A stretch of DNA of 64,000 nt. It comes from an uncultured Bacilli bacterium (GTDB taxonomy: Bacteria; Bacillota_I; Bacilli_A; RF39; UBA660). The DNA lies in contig CALVVG010000001.1 in assembly GCA_944363795.1 (NCBI GenBank), forward strand, positions 373 to 64,372, read 5' to 3'. The position numbers and the translations under genes are program-made. Below are positions 20,027-30,556 of the stretch, one piece after another. The stretch's first letter is position 1, and each line of letters begins with the position of its first letter. The notes beneath the pieces were generated by a model, which was not told the DNA's origin, did not search any database, and saw only the letters and a list, made by a program, of their open reading frames with translations.

Positions 20027-21665
20027 TATATTTTCCTCCTATAAATTCTCTTAAAATTGAATCATCATTAACATACTCTCCAGGAATTGGAAAAAATGTC
20101 TTTAAAAAATCAATCAATCTTCTTGCTTCTTCATAGTATATCGAATCTACTCCAACAGATAATAATAAAGGCTCAACATACACCTTTAATACTCCTATCT
20201 CATATGTTAATGCCGTATTTAAAATTGTATCAGCTTGATGAATATATGGAAAAATATATTTTTCTTCTCCATTACGAACATTTTGCCAATTATCAATTGT
20301 ATTAATTACATCATAACCTCGTGTTCTATTATCTCTTACAATTCTTCTTAACAATCTCAAATCTAATGTTGATACATAATTATGTTCATCAATATTTAAA
20401 GGTATAAAAGGACTTAAATAAATTTTATATTTGTGCTTAAAATCAATATCTTTAGTTAATTCATCATTTAATGCATGTAATCCTTCGATTAAAAATATAC
20501 TATTTTCGTATAATTTAATTTTCTTATTAGAATATTCCCTTTTACCAGTTATAAAATTATAACTAGGTAAAATAATTTCTTCCCCATTTAATAATTTATT
20601 TAAATCATCATTAAATGTTTTTATGTCTATAGCTTCTAGACATTCGAAATCATATTTATTATTCTCATCTTTAGGTGTTTCATGCCTTTCAACAAAATAA
20701 TCATCTAAACTTATTTTTATTGTATTATATCCCAAAGCCTCTAAATAAGATGCTATTTTAGCTGTTGTCGTTGTTTTTCCAGATGAAGATGGACCAGCTA
20801 TTAATAGAAATTTAATATCATGATTATTAATAATTTTATCGACTATTTTAGAAATGTTTAAGCTAAACATTAACTCATTAGCCCGAATAAAATCTCTTAT
20901 TTTACCACTGCTAATATTTTTATTTAAATCGCTTACATAAGGCATTTTTAAATTATCTAACCATTGTTTGCCTGATAAAAATGATTCTATTATATTATCA
21001 TAATGGACATATTCCAAAACATTTCCCTTACTTCTAACACTTGGAAACATAAAAACTATTCGATTATTACCTAAATAAATTAATTGGTATTTATTAATAA
21101 AACCAGTAGAATAAGGCATTAAAGAATAAAAATAATTAAATTTTTGATGTAATCTATACATAGTTACCATTTTATCATTTATACTTTGAATGTTATAAGC
21201 TTTTTCATATTCATTATTTTTTTTATAAAAATGAATAGCTTCTTTTGATGTAATATTATATTTATATATAATAGCATTTTCATCTACAATCTGAGCCATT
21301 TTTTCTTTTATTCTACTTAAATCATCTTGAGTCAAAATTTTATTTCCTTTTACTACTCCAAGCATACCTCTAGGAACACTATGTTCGTAGCTAATTTCTA
21401 ATTCAGGAAATATTTCAACTAAAGCAACTTCAAACAAAAATTTTAATCCAGCCTTATAAATTTTATTGCCTATAATATCATTAGTATTAATGAATTCTAT
21501 TTTTTCATCTTTTAATGCTTTAGTGTCTAAAGAATATATTTCATTATTTACTTTATATCCCATAATATTTTCCATAGTAAAATCCTTACTTATTTCAAAG
21601 TATGAGATTCCTTTTTCATATTCATGAATTGTATTATCCTGAAAAGTAATTTTTACTTTACTCAT
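20019..21665 (-). CDS. udk: uridine kinase family protein with an N-terminal ThrRS/TGS-like domain
   Basis: A 548-aa ORF whose C-terminal half carries the P-loop GPSSSGKTTT, typical of uridine/cytidine kinase. The long N-terminal extension matches the clostridial-type bifunctional architecture. Confidence 0.6.
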   Translation of the reverse strand: MSKVKITFQDNTIHEYEKGISYFEISKDFTMENIMGYKVNNEIYSLDTKALKDEKIEFINTNDIIGNKIYKAGLKFLFEVALVEIFPELEISYEHSVPRGMLGVVKGNKILTQDDLSRIKEKMAQIVDENAIIYKYNITSKEAIHFYKKNNEYEKAYNIQSINDKMVTMYRLHQKFNYFYSLMPYSTGFINKYQLIYLGNNRIVFMFPSVRSKGNVLEYVHYDNIIESFLSGKQWLDNLKMPYVSDLNKNISSGKIRDFIRANELMFSLNISKIVDKIINNHDIKFLLIAGPSSSGKTTTTAKIASYLEALGYNTIKISLDDYFVERHETPKDENNKYDFECLEAIDIKTFNDDLNKLLNGEEIILPSYNFITGKREYSNKKIKLYENSIFLIEGLHALNDELTKDIDFKHKYKIYLSPFIPLNIDEHNYVSTLDLRLLRRIVRDNRTRGYDVINTIDNWQNVRNGEEKYIFPYIHQADTILNTALTYEIGVLKVYVEPLLLSVGVDSIYYEEARRLIDFLKTFFPIPGEYVNDDSILREFIGGKYND

Positions 21666-21760
21666 TAAATTTCCCTCTATTCTTTAAAATTATATCATAA
21701 ATGTATTTTTTTTTGAATAAATTTTTTATTTTTTTACTATTATTAATTTAGGTGATTATA

Positions 21761-22339
21761 TTGAATATTATTCCAACAGTAATTGAAAAAAGTAGTAATA
21801 AAGAATATGCTTACGATCTTTATTCTAGAATGCTTAAAGATCGAATTATTTTCTTAAGTGGTGAAATAAATGATAATGTAGCTAATATTATAATAAGTCA
21901 GCTTTTATATTTAGATAACCAAAACAATGAAGATATTTATATTTACATAAATAGCCCTGGAGGATCTATAACTTCAGGAATGAGTATATATGATACAATA
22001 AATTTTGTTAAAAGTACTGTTATAACTATCGGCTTAGGCATGTGTGCTAGTATGGCTGCTTTTTTATTAGCTAGTGGAGATAAACGCTTTGCTCTTCCTA
22101 ATACAGAAATAATGATACACCAACCTCTAGGAGGAGCCCAAGGGCAAGCAACTGATATCAAAATAGCAGCTGAGAGAATTATAAAAATTAAAAATAAGTT
22201 AAATACTATATTAGCCAAAAAAACTAAACAATCTATTGAAAAAATTCAAATGGATACTGAAAGAGATAATTACTTAGATGCAAATGAAGCATTACAATAT
22301 GGTTTAATAGATGCTATAATTGAAAAAAACAATAATTAA
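21761..22339 (+). CDS. clpP: ATP-dependent Clp protease proteolytic subunit (TTG start giving MNIIPTVIE)
   Basis: The canonical ClpP N-terminus and catalytic Ser/His/Asp context ([11 protein letters not shown] ... HQP). An AGGTGA RBS sits 6 nt upstream of the TTG. Confidence 0.9.
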   Translation: MNIIPTVIEKSSNKEYAYDLYSRMLKDRIIFLSGEINDNVANIIISQLLYLDNQNNEDIYIYINSPGGSITSGMSIYDTINFVKSTVITIGLGMCASMAAFLLASGDKRFALPNTEIMIHQPLGGAQGQATDIKIAAERIIKIKNKLNTILAKKTKQSIEKIQMDTERDNYLDANEALQYGLIDAIIEKNNN

Positions 22340-22620
22340 TCTATTTTTAATATAATATCGCCATTTTGAGAATATAAAAATTTTTCTTTTGCATAACGTG
22401 CAACATAATCTTCGTCTTGTAATTTTGTTACATCGCTAGAAAGTTTTTCTTCTTCTTCTAATAAAGAGCTATATTCATAATTTAATTTTTTAATTTCTTT
22501 ATTATTATCTAATATTTCGCCCCAATCACTAGCCACTGAATGTATCAACATAAACGATAAAAAACATATAACACTAGTAATTAGTAACATACGTTTTCTT
22601 TCCTTTTTTGTTTTTTTCAT
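22336..22620 (-). CDS. divIC: septum formation initiator, FtsB/DivIC family
   Basis: A 94-aa ORF with an N-terminal TM segment followed by a coiled coil, lying downstream of yabP-yabQ as in the B. subtilis yabP-yabQ-divIC cluster. Confidence 0.6.
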   Translation of the reverse strand: MKKTKKERKRMLLITSVICFLSFMLIHSVASDWGEILDNNKEIKKLNYEYSSLLEEEEKLSSDVTKLQDEDYVARYAKEKFLYSQNGDIILKID

Positions 22621-22702
22621 GTCAAATATTCACCCCAATTTTTATTAATTATATCAAAAAAAAGCCAACCATTGTATATGCGTTGACTTTTTTATTAACA
22701 TT

Positions 22703-23011
22703 TTACATTTTTTTTACTTTGTGAAATAAGTAAAGAATTTTTTTTAATATTTTTGGAAACAAAAAATATTCTAGTAAATATCCCATAATTAGTATAAATA
22801 AAAAATATATATGAAAATAACCATTATTTATTTTATACATTATATAAATATATAAAATAACTATATCAATAATAAAAACTAGGGTTATAATAAATTTAAT
22901 AATATTATTTTTCTTATCTAATATATATTTATTAAAGTGAACAAGTAAATGAAAAAAAATGCCATAGAAAAACGAAAAAATTAAAGATAAAATTTGAATA
23001 TAACTATTCAT
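22703..23011 (-). CDS. yabQ: spore cortex biosynthesis membrane protein YabQ-like
   Basis: A 102-aa multi-TM small protein, translationally coupled to yabP (the start and stop codons overlap). Confidence 0.55.
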   Translation of the reverse strand: MNSYIQILSLIFSFFYGIFFHLLVHFNKYILDKKNNIIKFIITLVFIIDIVILYIYIMYKINNGYFHIYFLFILIMGYLLEYFLFPKILKKILYLFHKVKKM

Positions 23012-23298
23012 TATTTAAAAAGTTTATTAAACACACTTTCTTTATTTTTAGTTACATTACCATCTATATAATTAAAAGAATTTATTTTTCCTTTTATTTT
23101 AACATTACCATCATTAGTATCAAGTTTCAAAAGTTCCAAATTTTCTCCTAATAATCTTATATTTCCCATGGTTGTTTCCATTAAAAATTCTTCATCATCA
23201 AAGCTTACAATTTTATTTACTCCAGTTAATGATATACTACTACGATCAACCATTTTGATTTCTTGAGAACCATAATTTATATTATCCATTACTATCAC
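23011..23298 (-). CDS. yabP: sporulation protein YabP
   Basis: A 95-aa ORF with a YabP-like motif (DRSSISLTGVNKIVSFDDEEF...). Confidence 0.7.
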   Translation of the reverse strand: MIVMDNINYGSQEIKMVDRSSISLTGVNKIVSFDDEEFLMETTMGNIRLLGENLELLKLDTNDGNVKIKGKINSFNYIDGNVTKNKESVFNKLFK

Positions 23299-23341
23299 CT
23301 AATAATATATATGCATAAAAAAAGATAACTATGTTAAATAA

Positions 23342-23905
23342 TTATCTTTGAGAAACACGTCTTTTTAGTGATGTCGTAGGTAAATCAACAAGTTCTATTA
23401 ATAAAGGGTTATCACTCATAGCTTCTAAAAATTTTTGATGACTAACCATTTGTCCTTGACATTCATTATTATAATATTTTACAATGTCAGCTATTTGACT
23501 TTCTATCTTATCATTTCCATTCCAAGGCAAAACACAATCTCCATTTTCTAAAAAGCTATATTTACCAACTTGAGGAAAATAAACTATTCCTATAGCTCTA
23601 GCACTTTCATATCTTCTTTTAAAACGTTCGATATCATTATGTTTATCGTCTTTATCTATATTAATTCCTAAAACATTAGCATTAACTTTGTTATAAAGTA
23701 TATCTTCAAGACTTAACTCTATACCAACGTAATATTCTCGGCTATTTGTACTAATACTAACATTGTTAAAACTGGTAAAAATAACTCCTAAAAGATGTTT
23801 ATTTCCTTCTTTATCACTTTCGTAAACGTATTTATATGTAGTTATTTCTTTATTGTACATTTTTATCTCTCCTTTTTTTTGAAGTAACGGACATAATTTT
23901 ACCAC
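23342..23905 (-). CDS. hypothetical protein (likely start at the internal MYNKEITTYKY)
   Basis: A 187-aa ORF with no recognisable motifs, lying between pct and yabP. Confidence 0.4.
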   Translation of the reverse strand: MVKLCPLLQKKGEIKMYNKEITTYKYVYESDKEGNKHLLGVIFTSFNNVSISTNSREYYVGIELSLEDILYNKVNANVLGINIDKDDKHNDIERFKRRYESARAIGIVYFPQVGKYSFLENGDCVLPWNGNDKIESQIADIVKYYNNECQGQMVSHQKFLEAMSDNPLLIELVDLPTTSLKRRVSQR

Positions 23906-23959
23906 TATATATATAATATGTCAAGGAAAAATAAAAATTACTATTCGGCTATCTGTAAA

Positions 23960-25519
23960 CTATAATTTTAAATTCATTTTTTGATTTCTAAATATTCTTT
24001 CATCCATTTGCTTTAAATTAGCAGATATTGTTGGAAAAAATTCCATTTTTTCTATTATATCTTTTTCTAAATTTATTCCTGGGGCTATTTCTATTAAGAT
24101 TAATCCCTTATTTGTTAATTTAAAAACGCATCTTTCAGTTATATAATAAATATCTTGATTATTAATTAAAGCTTGTTTCGCTGAAAAAGTGATTTGTTCA
24201 ACTTTATCAACAAACTTTTTCTTTTTTCCTTCTTCTTTAATTATTAGTTGACCATCTTTTATTTCCTCTTTTAGACCATTTGTTGTAAACGTTCCTATAA
24301 AAACTATCTTTTTTGTACTTTGAGTAATATTTATAAATCCTCCTGGACCAGTAACCCGTGTCCCAAACTTAGATACGTTTACGTTCCCATCTTTGTCGAC
24401 TTCTGCTAATCCAAGTATTGCCATATCGAGTGCTCCACCATTATAGGCATCAAATTGTTCTGCTGTTGATACTACAGAATCCGGATTAATAGAACCACCA
24501 AAAGCTATACCACCAATTGGAACTCCACCAGTTGGCCCAGTTTCAACAGATAAATAAATATCATCAGAAAAACCTTCTTCAATTGAAACATTTGCTACTG
24601 AATCTGGCATTCCAACTCCTAAATTAATTACATTACCTTTTTTTAATTCCATTGCAGCTCTTCTTCCGCATACTTTTCTATTATCTAGCTCACGAATAGC
24701 TACGCTTTCTAAGGGTATTTTTATATCTCCTGTTATCTCTGGATGGTAAATTGGCATGTTGTAATCTCCTAAAGAATAATCGGGTTCCGCTACTACTACA
24801 TAATCAACATAAGAAGAATGAATTATAGCATTACGAGCTTTTAAAGAACCTCTAGGAACAATTTTTTCTACTTGAGCAATAACAATCCCTCCAGAATTAT
24901 GAGCAGCTATTGCCATATTATATTGTTCTCCAATCAAAGCTTCATGTTCCAAAGATAAATTACCATCTTCATCAGCATAAGTAGCCTTAATAATTGCTAC
25001 ATTTATTACAAAGGACTTATAAAACAAAACTTCCTTACCATCAATTTTAAGCAATTCAACAATATCAGGTAATTGTTTAGCTTTTTCATTAGCACGACAT
25101 CCCCCAAATCGAGGATCTGCAAAAGTATTAAGACCAATATGGGTAAATACTCCTAATTCTTTTCCCGCAATCGCTCTAAATAAATGATTCATTACTCCAA
25201 GAGGAACTGCAAACGTTGGAAACTGATTATTACCAATCGCATTACCAAAAACACGCCCCATTCCTAAATGTGCACAAATTGCTTTACTTACTAATCCTGG
25301 TTTTGCTAGCATATTCATACCAACTTCATCATCTGTTAAATTGCCAGGAGATATTCCACAAGTAACACCCAAATTACATGGATGTCCCATATGTAAAAAT
25401 GAATCTTTAATTGCTTTAATAATTGCTTCACAAGAACCAGAACCACCAGACCCTGATATTGCAACCATATCTCCATCTTTAATATATTTTATTACTTCTT
25501 CACTTGGAATGACTTTCAT
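23960..25519 (-). CDS. pct: propionate CoA-transferase family, acyl-CoA:carboxylate CoA-transferase
   Basis: A 519-aa ORF. Its N-terminus (KVIPSEEVIKYIKDGDMVAISG) and the LFRAIAGKELGVFTHIGLNTFADPR segment closely parallel Clostridium propionicum Pct. Confidence 0.7.
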   Translation of the reverse strand: MKVIPSEEVIKYIKDGDMVAISGSGGSGSCEAIIKAIKDSFLHMGHPCNLGVTCGISPGNLTDDEVGMNMLAKPGLVSKAICAHLGMGRVFGNAIGNNQFPTFAVPLGVMNHLFRAIAGKELGVFTHIGLNTFADPRFGGCRANEKAKQLPDIVELLKIDGKEVLFYKSFVINVAIIKATYADEDGNLSLEHEALIGEQYNMAIAAHNSGGIVIAQVEKIVPRGSLKARNAIIHSSYVDYVVVAEPDYSLGDYNMPIYHPEITGDIKIPLESVAIRELDNRKVCGRRAAMELKKGNVINLGVGMPDSVANVSIEEGFSDDIYLSVETGPTGGVPIGGIAFGGSINPDSVVSTAEQFDAYNGGALDMAILGLAEVDKDGNVNVSKFGTRVTGPGGFINITQSTKKIVFIGTFTTNGLKEEIKDGQLIIKEEGKKKKFVDKVEQITFSAKQALINNQDIYYITERCVFKLTNKGLILIEIAPGINLEKDIIEKMEFFPTISANLKQMDERIFRNQKMNLKL

Positions 25520-25555
25520 TTTTCACCATCCTATAATCTAGTATAACATAAATTT

Positions 25556-25584
25556 AAAAAGTCTATCAAATTGATAGACTTTTA
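25556..25584. terminator. bidirectional Rho-independent terminator
   Basis: A perfect hairpin, AAAAGTCTATCAAaTTGATAGACTTTT, lies between the membrane protein stop and the pct start. Confidence 0.6.
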
Positions 25585-25593
25585 GGCTAATAT

Positions 25594-26829
25594 TTACGCA
25601 CTTTTCTTTTTCAAAATAGTTGCATCCATTAAAGCTTTGATAACACAACTTAATATTATTGTAATTATCACAGTTGGAATAAATATCAACCAGAATGAAT
25701 AAGTTGTAGCTGCTGTATTTTGGCCAAGCATTCTTAGTATTAATATTGCTACTGGATAATGAAGCATATAAATGTATAATGACAAGCCACCTAAATATTC
25801 AAATAACGAATGTGTTGTTTTGTTATTTAAAGCTTTAGTTAAACCATCAACATTTAATAAGCTAAGTCCAATAACTATTATACAAAGAAGTGATACAGTC
25901 CATCTATCAAGTTCAAACCAAGTAGTTGGATATACTGTATACCATAATAACAATATAGATGCAGCAATATTAACTATTGTTAAAATCGTTCTTCCGCCAA
26001 CACTAAATTTATGATCCTTTATTTTTTGAATTAAATAATAAAGAAGCATTCCACCAAGCATTCCTAGAAGAACAAATAATAATCCATTATTAAATCCTAA
26101 TACTGCAGTTGCACTTGTTGCAGAACCACCCATTCCATTTGTCGATGTAGTTTGCAATCCAAATGTAGACCAAGCTGTTTGAGCAGCTCTTGTATCTGTA
26201 AAGCACCACCAACCACTAAGGAAAATAAATATAAATGGAGCAACAATTCCAGACATGAAATCTTCATTCTTAGATAATCCCCAATATAGGAAATAACCAA
26301 CAATAATAATTGCAGATATAAACCATAAAGTACCATTTAAATTAAAGAATTCATTACCCACACTTCTAAGTCCTACGGAATGGAATCCTAAAAATTCCCA
26401 AGCACTATTAATAACCATACTGCATACTTGTTGGAAACTATAATCTGGATAATAGAAATTTGTAGAAATTATAACACCCAATACATAGCCTAAAATTAAA
26501 ACTGGCATTAAAGCTTTAATTCTTGACCACGTATATTCCCAGGCTCTAGCAGAAGCACTTTTTACTACGTATTCCTTATTTGCATTTCTCTTTTTAAAAT
26601 GTGAAACCATAAAATAACCGGCAGTTAATGTAAATATTAACAAAACTTCACTAGAACCAAAGAACCAATTAGAAGATTCCATAAAATAACCATTAGTACC
26701 ATCACAACTTCTAGCTATTATCCAACCAGTATGAAATCCAATAATTGCTAATGCAATCAAAAAGCGCCATACTTCAATTGCTACATTCCTTGTCTTTGGA
26801 ACTTCCTTTCCTTTTGCCAAAACAAACAC
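25594..26829 (-). CDS. polytopic membrane protein, possibly acyltransferase-3 family
   Basis: A 411-aa ORF with about 10 predicted TM segments. The N-terminal pattern R..AIEVWRFLIALAIIGFH resembles the Acyltransferase_3 start. Confidence 0.35.
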   Translation of the reverse strand: MFVLAKGKEVPKTRNVAIEVWRFLIALAIIGFHTGWIIARSCDGTNGYFMESSNWFFGSSEVLLIFTLTAGYFMVSHFKKRNANKEYVVKSASARAWEYTWSRIKALMPVLILGYVLGVIISTNFYYPDYSFQQVCSMVINSAWEFLGFHSVGLRSVGNEFFNLNGTLWFISAIIIVGYFLYWGLSKNEDFMSGIVAPFIFIFLSGWWCFTDTRAAQTAWSTFGLQTTSTNGMGGSATSATAVLGFNNGLLFVLLGMLGGMLLYYLIQKIKDHKFSVGGRTILTIVNIAASILLLWYTVYPTTWFELDRWTVSLLCIIVIGLSLLNVDGLTKALNNKTTHSLFEYLGGLSLYIYMLHYPVAILILRMLGQNTAATTYSFWLIFIPTVIITIILSCVIKALMDATILKKKSA

Positions 26830-26897
26830 TCCTTTCTACATAAGTATTACCCTATGTTAAATAAATTATACCACAATCTACCAATATATACATAAAA

Positions 26898-26917
26898 AAA
26901 TCAACTTTCGTTGATTT
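26898..26917 (-). terminator. Rho-independent terminator of spoVG
   Basis: The hairpin AAAUCAACgaaaGUUGAUUU plus a U-run overlaps the spoVG stop on the minus strand. Confidence 0.5.
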
Positions 26918-27188
26918 AATCTTCTTTATTTTTAATTATTTTATTATATTCATTCAAAATTATTTTTTCAAAACTTTCTCTTGTTTCTTTATTTGTTGGA
27001 AACACAACATTTTCTTCCTTTCCAAATTTATTAATTTTACCAGGCATCGAAACAAATAATCTTGTATTTCCTTCAATAATCTTTGCTCCTTTTATTGCTA
27101 AACAATCATCAAGAGTAAAATCTACAAAAGCCTTTAATCTTGAACCCTCTTTTTCTCGAGGATAAACACTAACACTAGTTACTTCCAT
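26916..27188 (-). CDS. spoVG: septation/sporulation regulator SpoVG
   Basis: A 90-aa ORF starting MEVTSVSVYPREKEGSRLKAFVDFTLDDCLAIKGAKIIEGNTRLFVSMP, matching the SpoVG consensus. Confidence 0.9.
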   Translation of the reverse strand: MEVTSVSVYPREKEGSRLKAFVDFTLDDCLAIKGAKIIEGNTRLFVSMPGKINKFGKEENVVFPTNKETRESFEKIILNEYNKIIKNKED

Positions 27189-27278
27189 AATACGTTCTCC
27201 TTTTTGCTATTTGTTTAATTTAATTGTAAAATATTTTTTTGCTTTTTTCAACCATATCTTATAAGATATATATTTATT

Positions 27279-27491
27279 TTACAAATATTTTATTTTTACT
27301 TCACCAGTTATTATATCTCTGTAATTAAAACTTTTTTCTTCATCATTAACTAATACTGTAAATAAATTAGGATATGTTTTATAAATTATACCTTCGTATC
27401 TATTAATTCTGTTTCTTAAGCCATATACAGATATAATCACTTTTTTATTTAATTTTTTTTCTATATCATCTTTAATTAAATTAATATTCAA
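27279..27491 (-). CDS. veg: Veg protein (DUF1021, biofilm-related)
   Basis: A 70-aa ORF with a Veg-like sequence (RYEGIIYKTYPNLFTVLVNDEEKSFNYRDI), lying between yabG and spoVG as in B. subtilis. Confidence 0.75.
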   Translation of the reverse strand: MNINLIKDDIEKKLNKKVIISVYGLRNRINRYEGIIYKTYPNLFTVLVNDEEKSFNYRDIITGEVKIKYL

Positions 27492-27503
27492 AATATCCCC
27501 CTT

Positions 27504-28280
27504 TTATCTTGGATAACCAACATACATAAGGCCATTACAAATAATTCCCCCCATACCTTCTTCTTTGTATTTTGTTTTATCTAATAACTTTTTTAAATCA
27601 ATTTCTTTACTTCTTTCAGTGAGAGAAATAGTACTGGCAATAATTGCTGGATCTAATGCATGTATGTTTACTCTTTTAGGACTTGATGCAAAATTTGCTC
27701 CAGCTTTAATCAATTCTTCATAATCACTTTGACAAGCACCAGCTATAATTACTAATTTTTCATGACTTTTTTCATAATTTCTAGCAGCCTTAACAGCTTT
27801 AACAAAATATCCAGAATTTTTATAATTATTTATATCATTAATATCTCCTTTTTTACGTAAGTATGCATCATGTCCTGTAATTATTACGATATCTGGTTTA
27901 TATTCTCTTAGTAACAGTTGGATTTGCTCATGTACATTTTTTTCATTTATTTTTTTTCCAATTGCTAATATGCCATTTCTTTTATAAAATTTTAAACATC
28001 TGTTTAAATAATCTTCATCACCATCAATATGCAAAACTTTAGCTGGTAAATAAAAATAATCACCACGCACCAATAATTCATCCTTAATATCAGTTTCATC
28101 TATTGATATATCTTCCACTAAATTTTCCTCTAATTTTAAATCTTCTAATTTGGCATCAGCATAGAGTCTTACTTCTATACCTTTTAAATAACACATACCA
28201 TCTACTATATTTATTACTTTAAAAAAAGTATCGTTACCATAACTATTACGAGTAACTATGTCTCCTTTTTTTATATTCAT
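27504..28280 (-). CDS. yabG: sporulation-specific protease YabG
   Basis: A 258-aa ORF with a YabG-like N-terminus (IKKGDIVTRNSYGNDTFFKVI...), downstream of rsmA as in B. subtilis. Confidence 0.7.
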   Translation of the reverse strand: MNIKKGDIVTRNSYGNDTFFKVINIVDGMCYLKGIEVRLYADAKLEDLKLEENLVEDISIDETDIKDELLVRGDYFYLPAKVLHIDGDEDYLNRCLKFYKRNGILAIGKKINEKNVHEQIQLLLREYKPDIVIITGHDAYLRKKGDINDINNYKNSGYFVKAVKAARNYEKSHEKLVIIAGACQSDYEELIKAGANFASSPKRVNIHALDPAIIASTISLTERSKEIDLKKLLDKTKYKEEGMGGIICNGLMYVGYPR

Positions 28281-28305
28281 GAATAATCACCAATACATTA
28301 TATGC

Positions 28306-28334
28306 AAAAAACTTAGGTTTTTTCCTAAGTTTTA
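28306..28334. terminator. Rho-independent terminator between rsmA and yabG
   Basis: The hairpin AACTTAGGttttttCCTAAGTT is flanked by A and T runs. Confidence 0.55.
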
Positions 28335-28346
28335 TAAAAAATGTTT

Positions 28347-29117
28347 TTATATACTTCGAAATATTTTTATAAACATTTCTAATGAAAGTTCTTCTGCTCG
28401 AATATTCTCGTCTAATTCATTAGCGTTCAATATTTTTTTTATTTTGTGCCAATCATAATTATTTAAATTATTTTTTAAAGTTTTTCTCTTTTGATGAAAA
28501 CAATCTTTTAAAAATTCTTGAAATTTTAGGAAATCCAAGTTTTCTTTTAATTTTTTTGGTTTTAAACTTAATACCATACTATCGACATTAGGAATTGGAT
28601 TAAATGAACTTCTAGGCACATCAATTATTTTAAAAATTTCAAAAAAATAATTTAATATAACAGTTATATATCCATATTCTTTGTTATGTGGTAACGCTAA
28701 AAAGCGTTGAGCAACTTCTTTTTGAACCATAATAACTAATTTTTCAAATATTAAATCGGAGTTAATTATATGTTCAATTATTGGTGTTGTAATATAATAT
28801 GGCAAATTTCCAATAATATATAGCTTTTCATATTTAAATTTTTTTAAATCTTGTTTAATATTAGATTTTAAAAAATCTTGCCACACAATTGTAGTTTGAT
28901 TATCTTCTAATTTTTCTAAATATTGCTTTAAATCTAAATCAATTTCGTAAGCTAATACGAAGGCTTTCTTTTCTTTTAATAATTTTGTTAATGCCCCTTT
29001 TCCTGGTCCAATTTCAATTATTAAATCTTTTTTGCAAGCTAAAACTTCATCAACAATTTTATTGATAATTAATTTATTAACTAAAAAATTTTGTCCTAAT
29101 CTTTTTTTTGCTTTCAT
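28347..29117 (-). CDS. rsmA: 16S rRNA (adenine1518/1519-N6)-dimethyltransferase RsmA/KsgA
   Basis: A 256-aa ORF with a SAM-binding motif (EIGPGKGALT) and the KsgA fold. Confidence 0.85.
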   Translation of the reverse strand: MKAKKRLGQNFLVNKLIINKIVDEVLACKKDLIIEIGPGKGALTKLLKEKKAFVLAYEIDLDLKQYLEKLEDNQTTIVWQDFLKSNIKQDLKKFKYEKLYIIGNLPYYITTPIIEHIINSDLIFEKLVIMVQKEVAQRFLALPHNKEYGYITVILNYFFEIFKIIDVPRSSFNPIPNVDSMVLSLKPKKLKENLDFLKFQEFLKDCFHQKRKTLKNNLNNYDWHKIKKILNANELDENIRAEELSLEMFIKIFRSI

Positions 29118-29133
29118 AAAAAACTAGGTGAGA

Positions 29134-29679
29134 TTATTCCCACCCACTCCTTAATACATCATAAGTTATAGAACTTCTACCAATATTTTGATAAGCATAT
29201 TCTTCGTTAGGAACTAAAAAGTCTAACGAATTTCCTGTAACTCCACGATCTAAAACTATTGCTAATACCATTCCATCAGAAATTCTATTACTATAAAAAC
29301 TAACTATTGATCCACATGGTAAGTTTTTACTTGAAGCTACTATATATACTTTTCCATATTCACTATCATTATAAGTATTAGTTCCATCAGTTATATCATA
29401 ATTTGGCATACATGCTAATGTTCCATTACATAATGGGCAATCGTGAGCATATCCCGTCAAATCTCCAGTATAAGTGTCTAATGCGGTAAATTTTAAAGTT
29501 TCTTCAACTTCCATTACTTTTAAAGCCATAGTAGATAAATTAATTGTCTTATTTACATTATCATTTTCTACTTTAGTAGTTGCTATATTAGTACTACTTT
29601 TAGCTATTATTAATACAAATACCATTACTGATAATCTGATAAAATAACTAACTATTTTCATATAATCCATCCACCTCAA
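29134..29679 (-). CDS. 3D-domain (MltA-like, YabE/YuiC-type) cell-wall protein with an N-terminal anchor
   Basis: The C-terminus (GSIVSFYSNRISDGMVLAIVLDRGVTGNSLDFLVPNE) matches the 3D-domain pattern with its conserved Asp residues. It occupies the yabE-equivalent position. Confidence 0.5.
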   Translation of the reverse strand: MRWMDYMKIVSYFIRLSVMVFVLIIAKSSTNIATTKVENDNVNKTINLSTMALKVMEVEETLKFTALDTYTGDLTGYAHDCPLCNGTLACMPNYDITDGTNTYNDSEYGKVYIVASSKNLPCGSIVSFYSNRISDGMVLAIVLDRGVTGNSLDFLVPNEEYAYQNIGRSSITYDVLRSGWE

Positions 29680-29794
29680 TTGGATAATTTAATTATAACA
29701 TTATCTAAAAGTGATGTCAAAAATTATAGGTCATTTACCAAAAATAGGTATTATTATCTTTACTAACCAATTTATAAATAACTATTGAATAATT

Positions 29795-30556
29795 TTACTC
29801 AATAGTCATTTTTTTAAACATTTTTTTAACATTATAAGTTGTTGTATCAATTAATTCTTCTAATGGAATTTCATATATTTCAGCTATAAATTTAGCTATA
29901 TTCAATATATGACTAGGATTATTTTGTTTACCTCGAAACGGAACTGGTGTTAAATAAGGAGAATCGGTTTCTAAAACAATATATTCTAAAGGAATGTTTT
30001 TTAAAGTTTCTTTCAATTTACAATTTTTAAAAGTTACAACTCCGTTAATTCCCAACAAAAAACCCATTTTTATATATATTTTAGCGGTTTCTAAACTTCC
30101 AGAAAATGAATGAATAATACCATTTACATTATATTTTTTTAAAATATTAATAGTATCTTCAATTGCTTCTCTACTATGAATAATAACAGGCATATTATAT
30201 TTTTCTGCTAAAGATAATTGTGATTCAAATAATTCAATTTGTTTTTCTTTATTATCTTTAGTGTAATAATAATCTAGTCCAATCTCTCCTATTGCAACTA
30301 TTTTAGGATTACTTATATGATCCTTTATATATTCTAAATCTTGTTTAGTATAAGAATCTACCATTTCTGGATGAATTCCTAAAGCCCCATATAAATTTTG
30401 ATACTCTTCAGTTGATTGTAATACTTCTTGATTACTTTTAGTATCACATCCATTACTTATATAATATGAAACTCCGTTTTTCTTTGATATTTCAATTATG
30501 TTATTTATATTTTCATAATATTCTTTATACAAATGACAATGGGTATCTATTAACAC
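29795..30556 (-). CDS. tatD: TatD-family metal-dependent DNase
   Basis: A 253-aa ORF starting MLIDTHCHL, with TatD motifs, lying downstream of metG as in the B. subtilis metS-yabD arrangement. Confidence 0.9.
   Translation of the reverse strand: MLIDTHCHLYKEYYENINNIIEISKKNGVSYYISNGCDTKSNQEVLQSTEEYQNLYGALGIHPEMVDSYTKQDLEYIKDHISNPKIVAIGEIGLDYYYTKDNKEKQIELFESQLSLAEKYNMPVIIHSREAIEDTINILKKYNVNGIIHSFSGSLETAKIYIKMGFLLGINGVVTFKNCKLKETLKNIPLEYIVLETDSPYLTPVPFRGKQNNPSHILNIAKFIAEIYEIPLEELIDTTTYNVKKMFKKMTIE

Noticed and set aside
21666-21760. CtsR operator (GGTCAAA direct repeat) upstream of clpP
   Set aside because: No GGTCAAA heptad is present in the udk-clpP spacer.
27254-27269. 16-bp perfect palindrome ATATCTTATAAGATAT between veg and spoVG
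   Set aside because: AT-only palindromes of this size are frequent by chance in about 27%-GC DNA. It matches no regulator site I can name, though it could be a weak terminator for veg.
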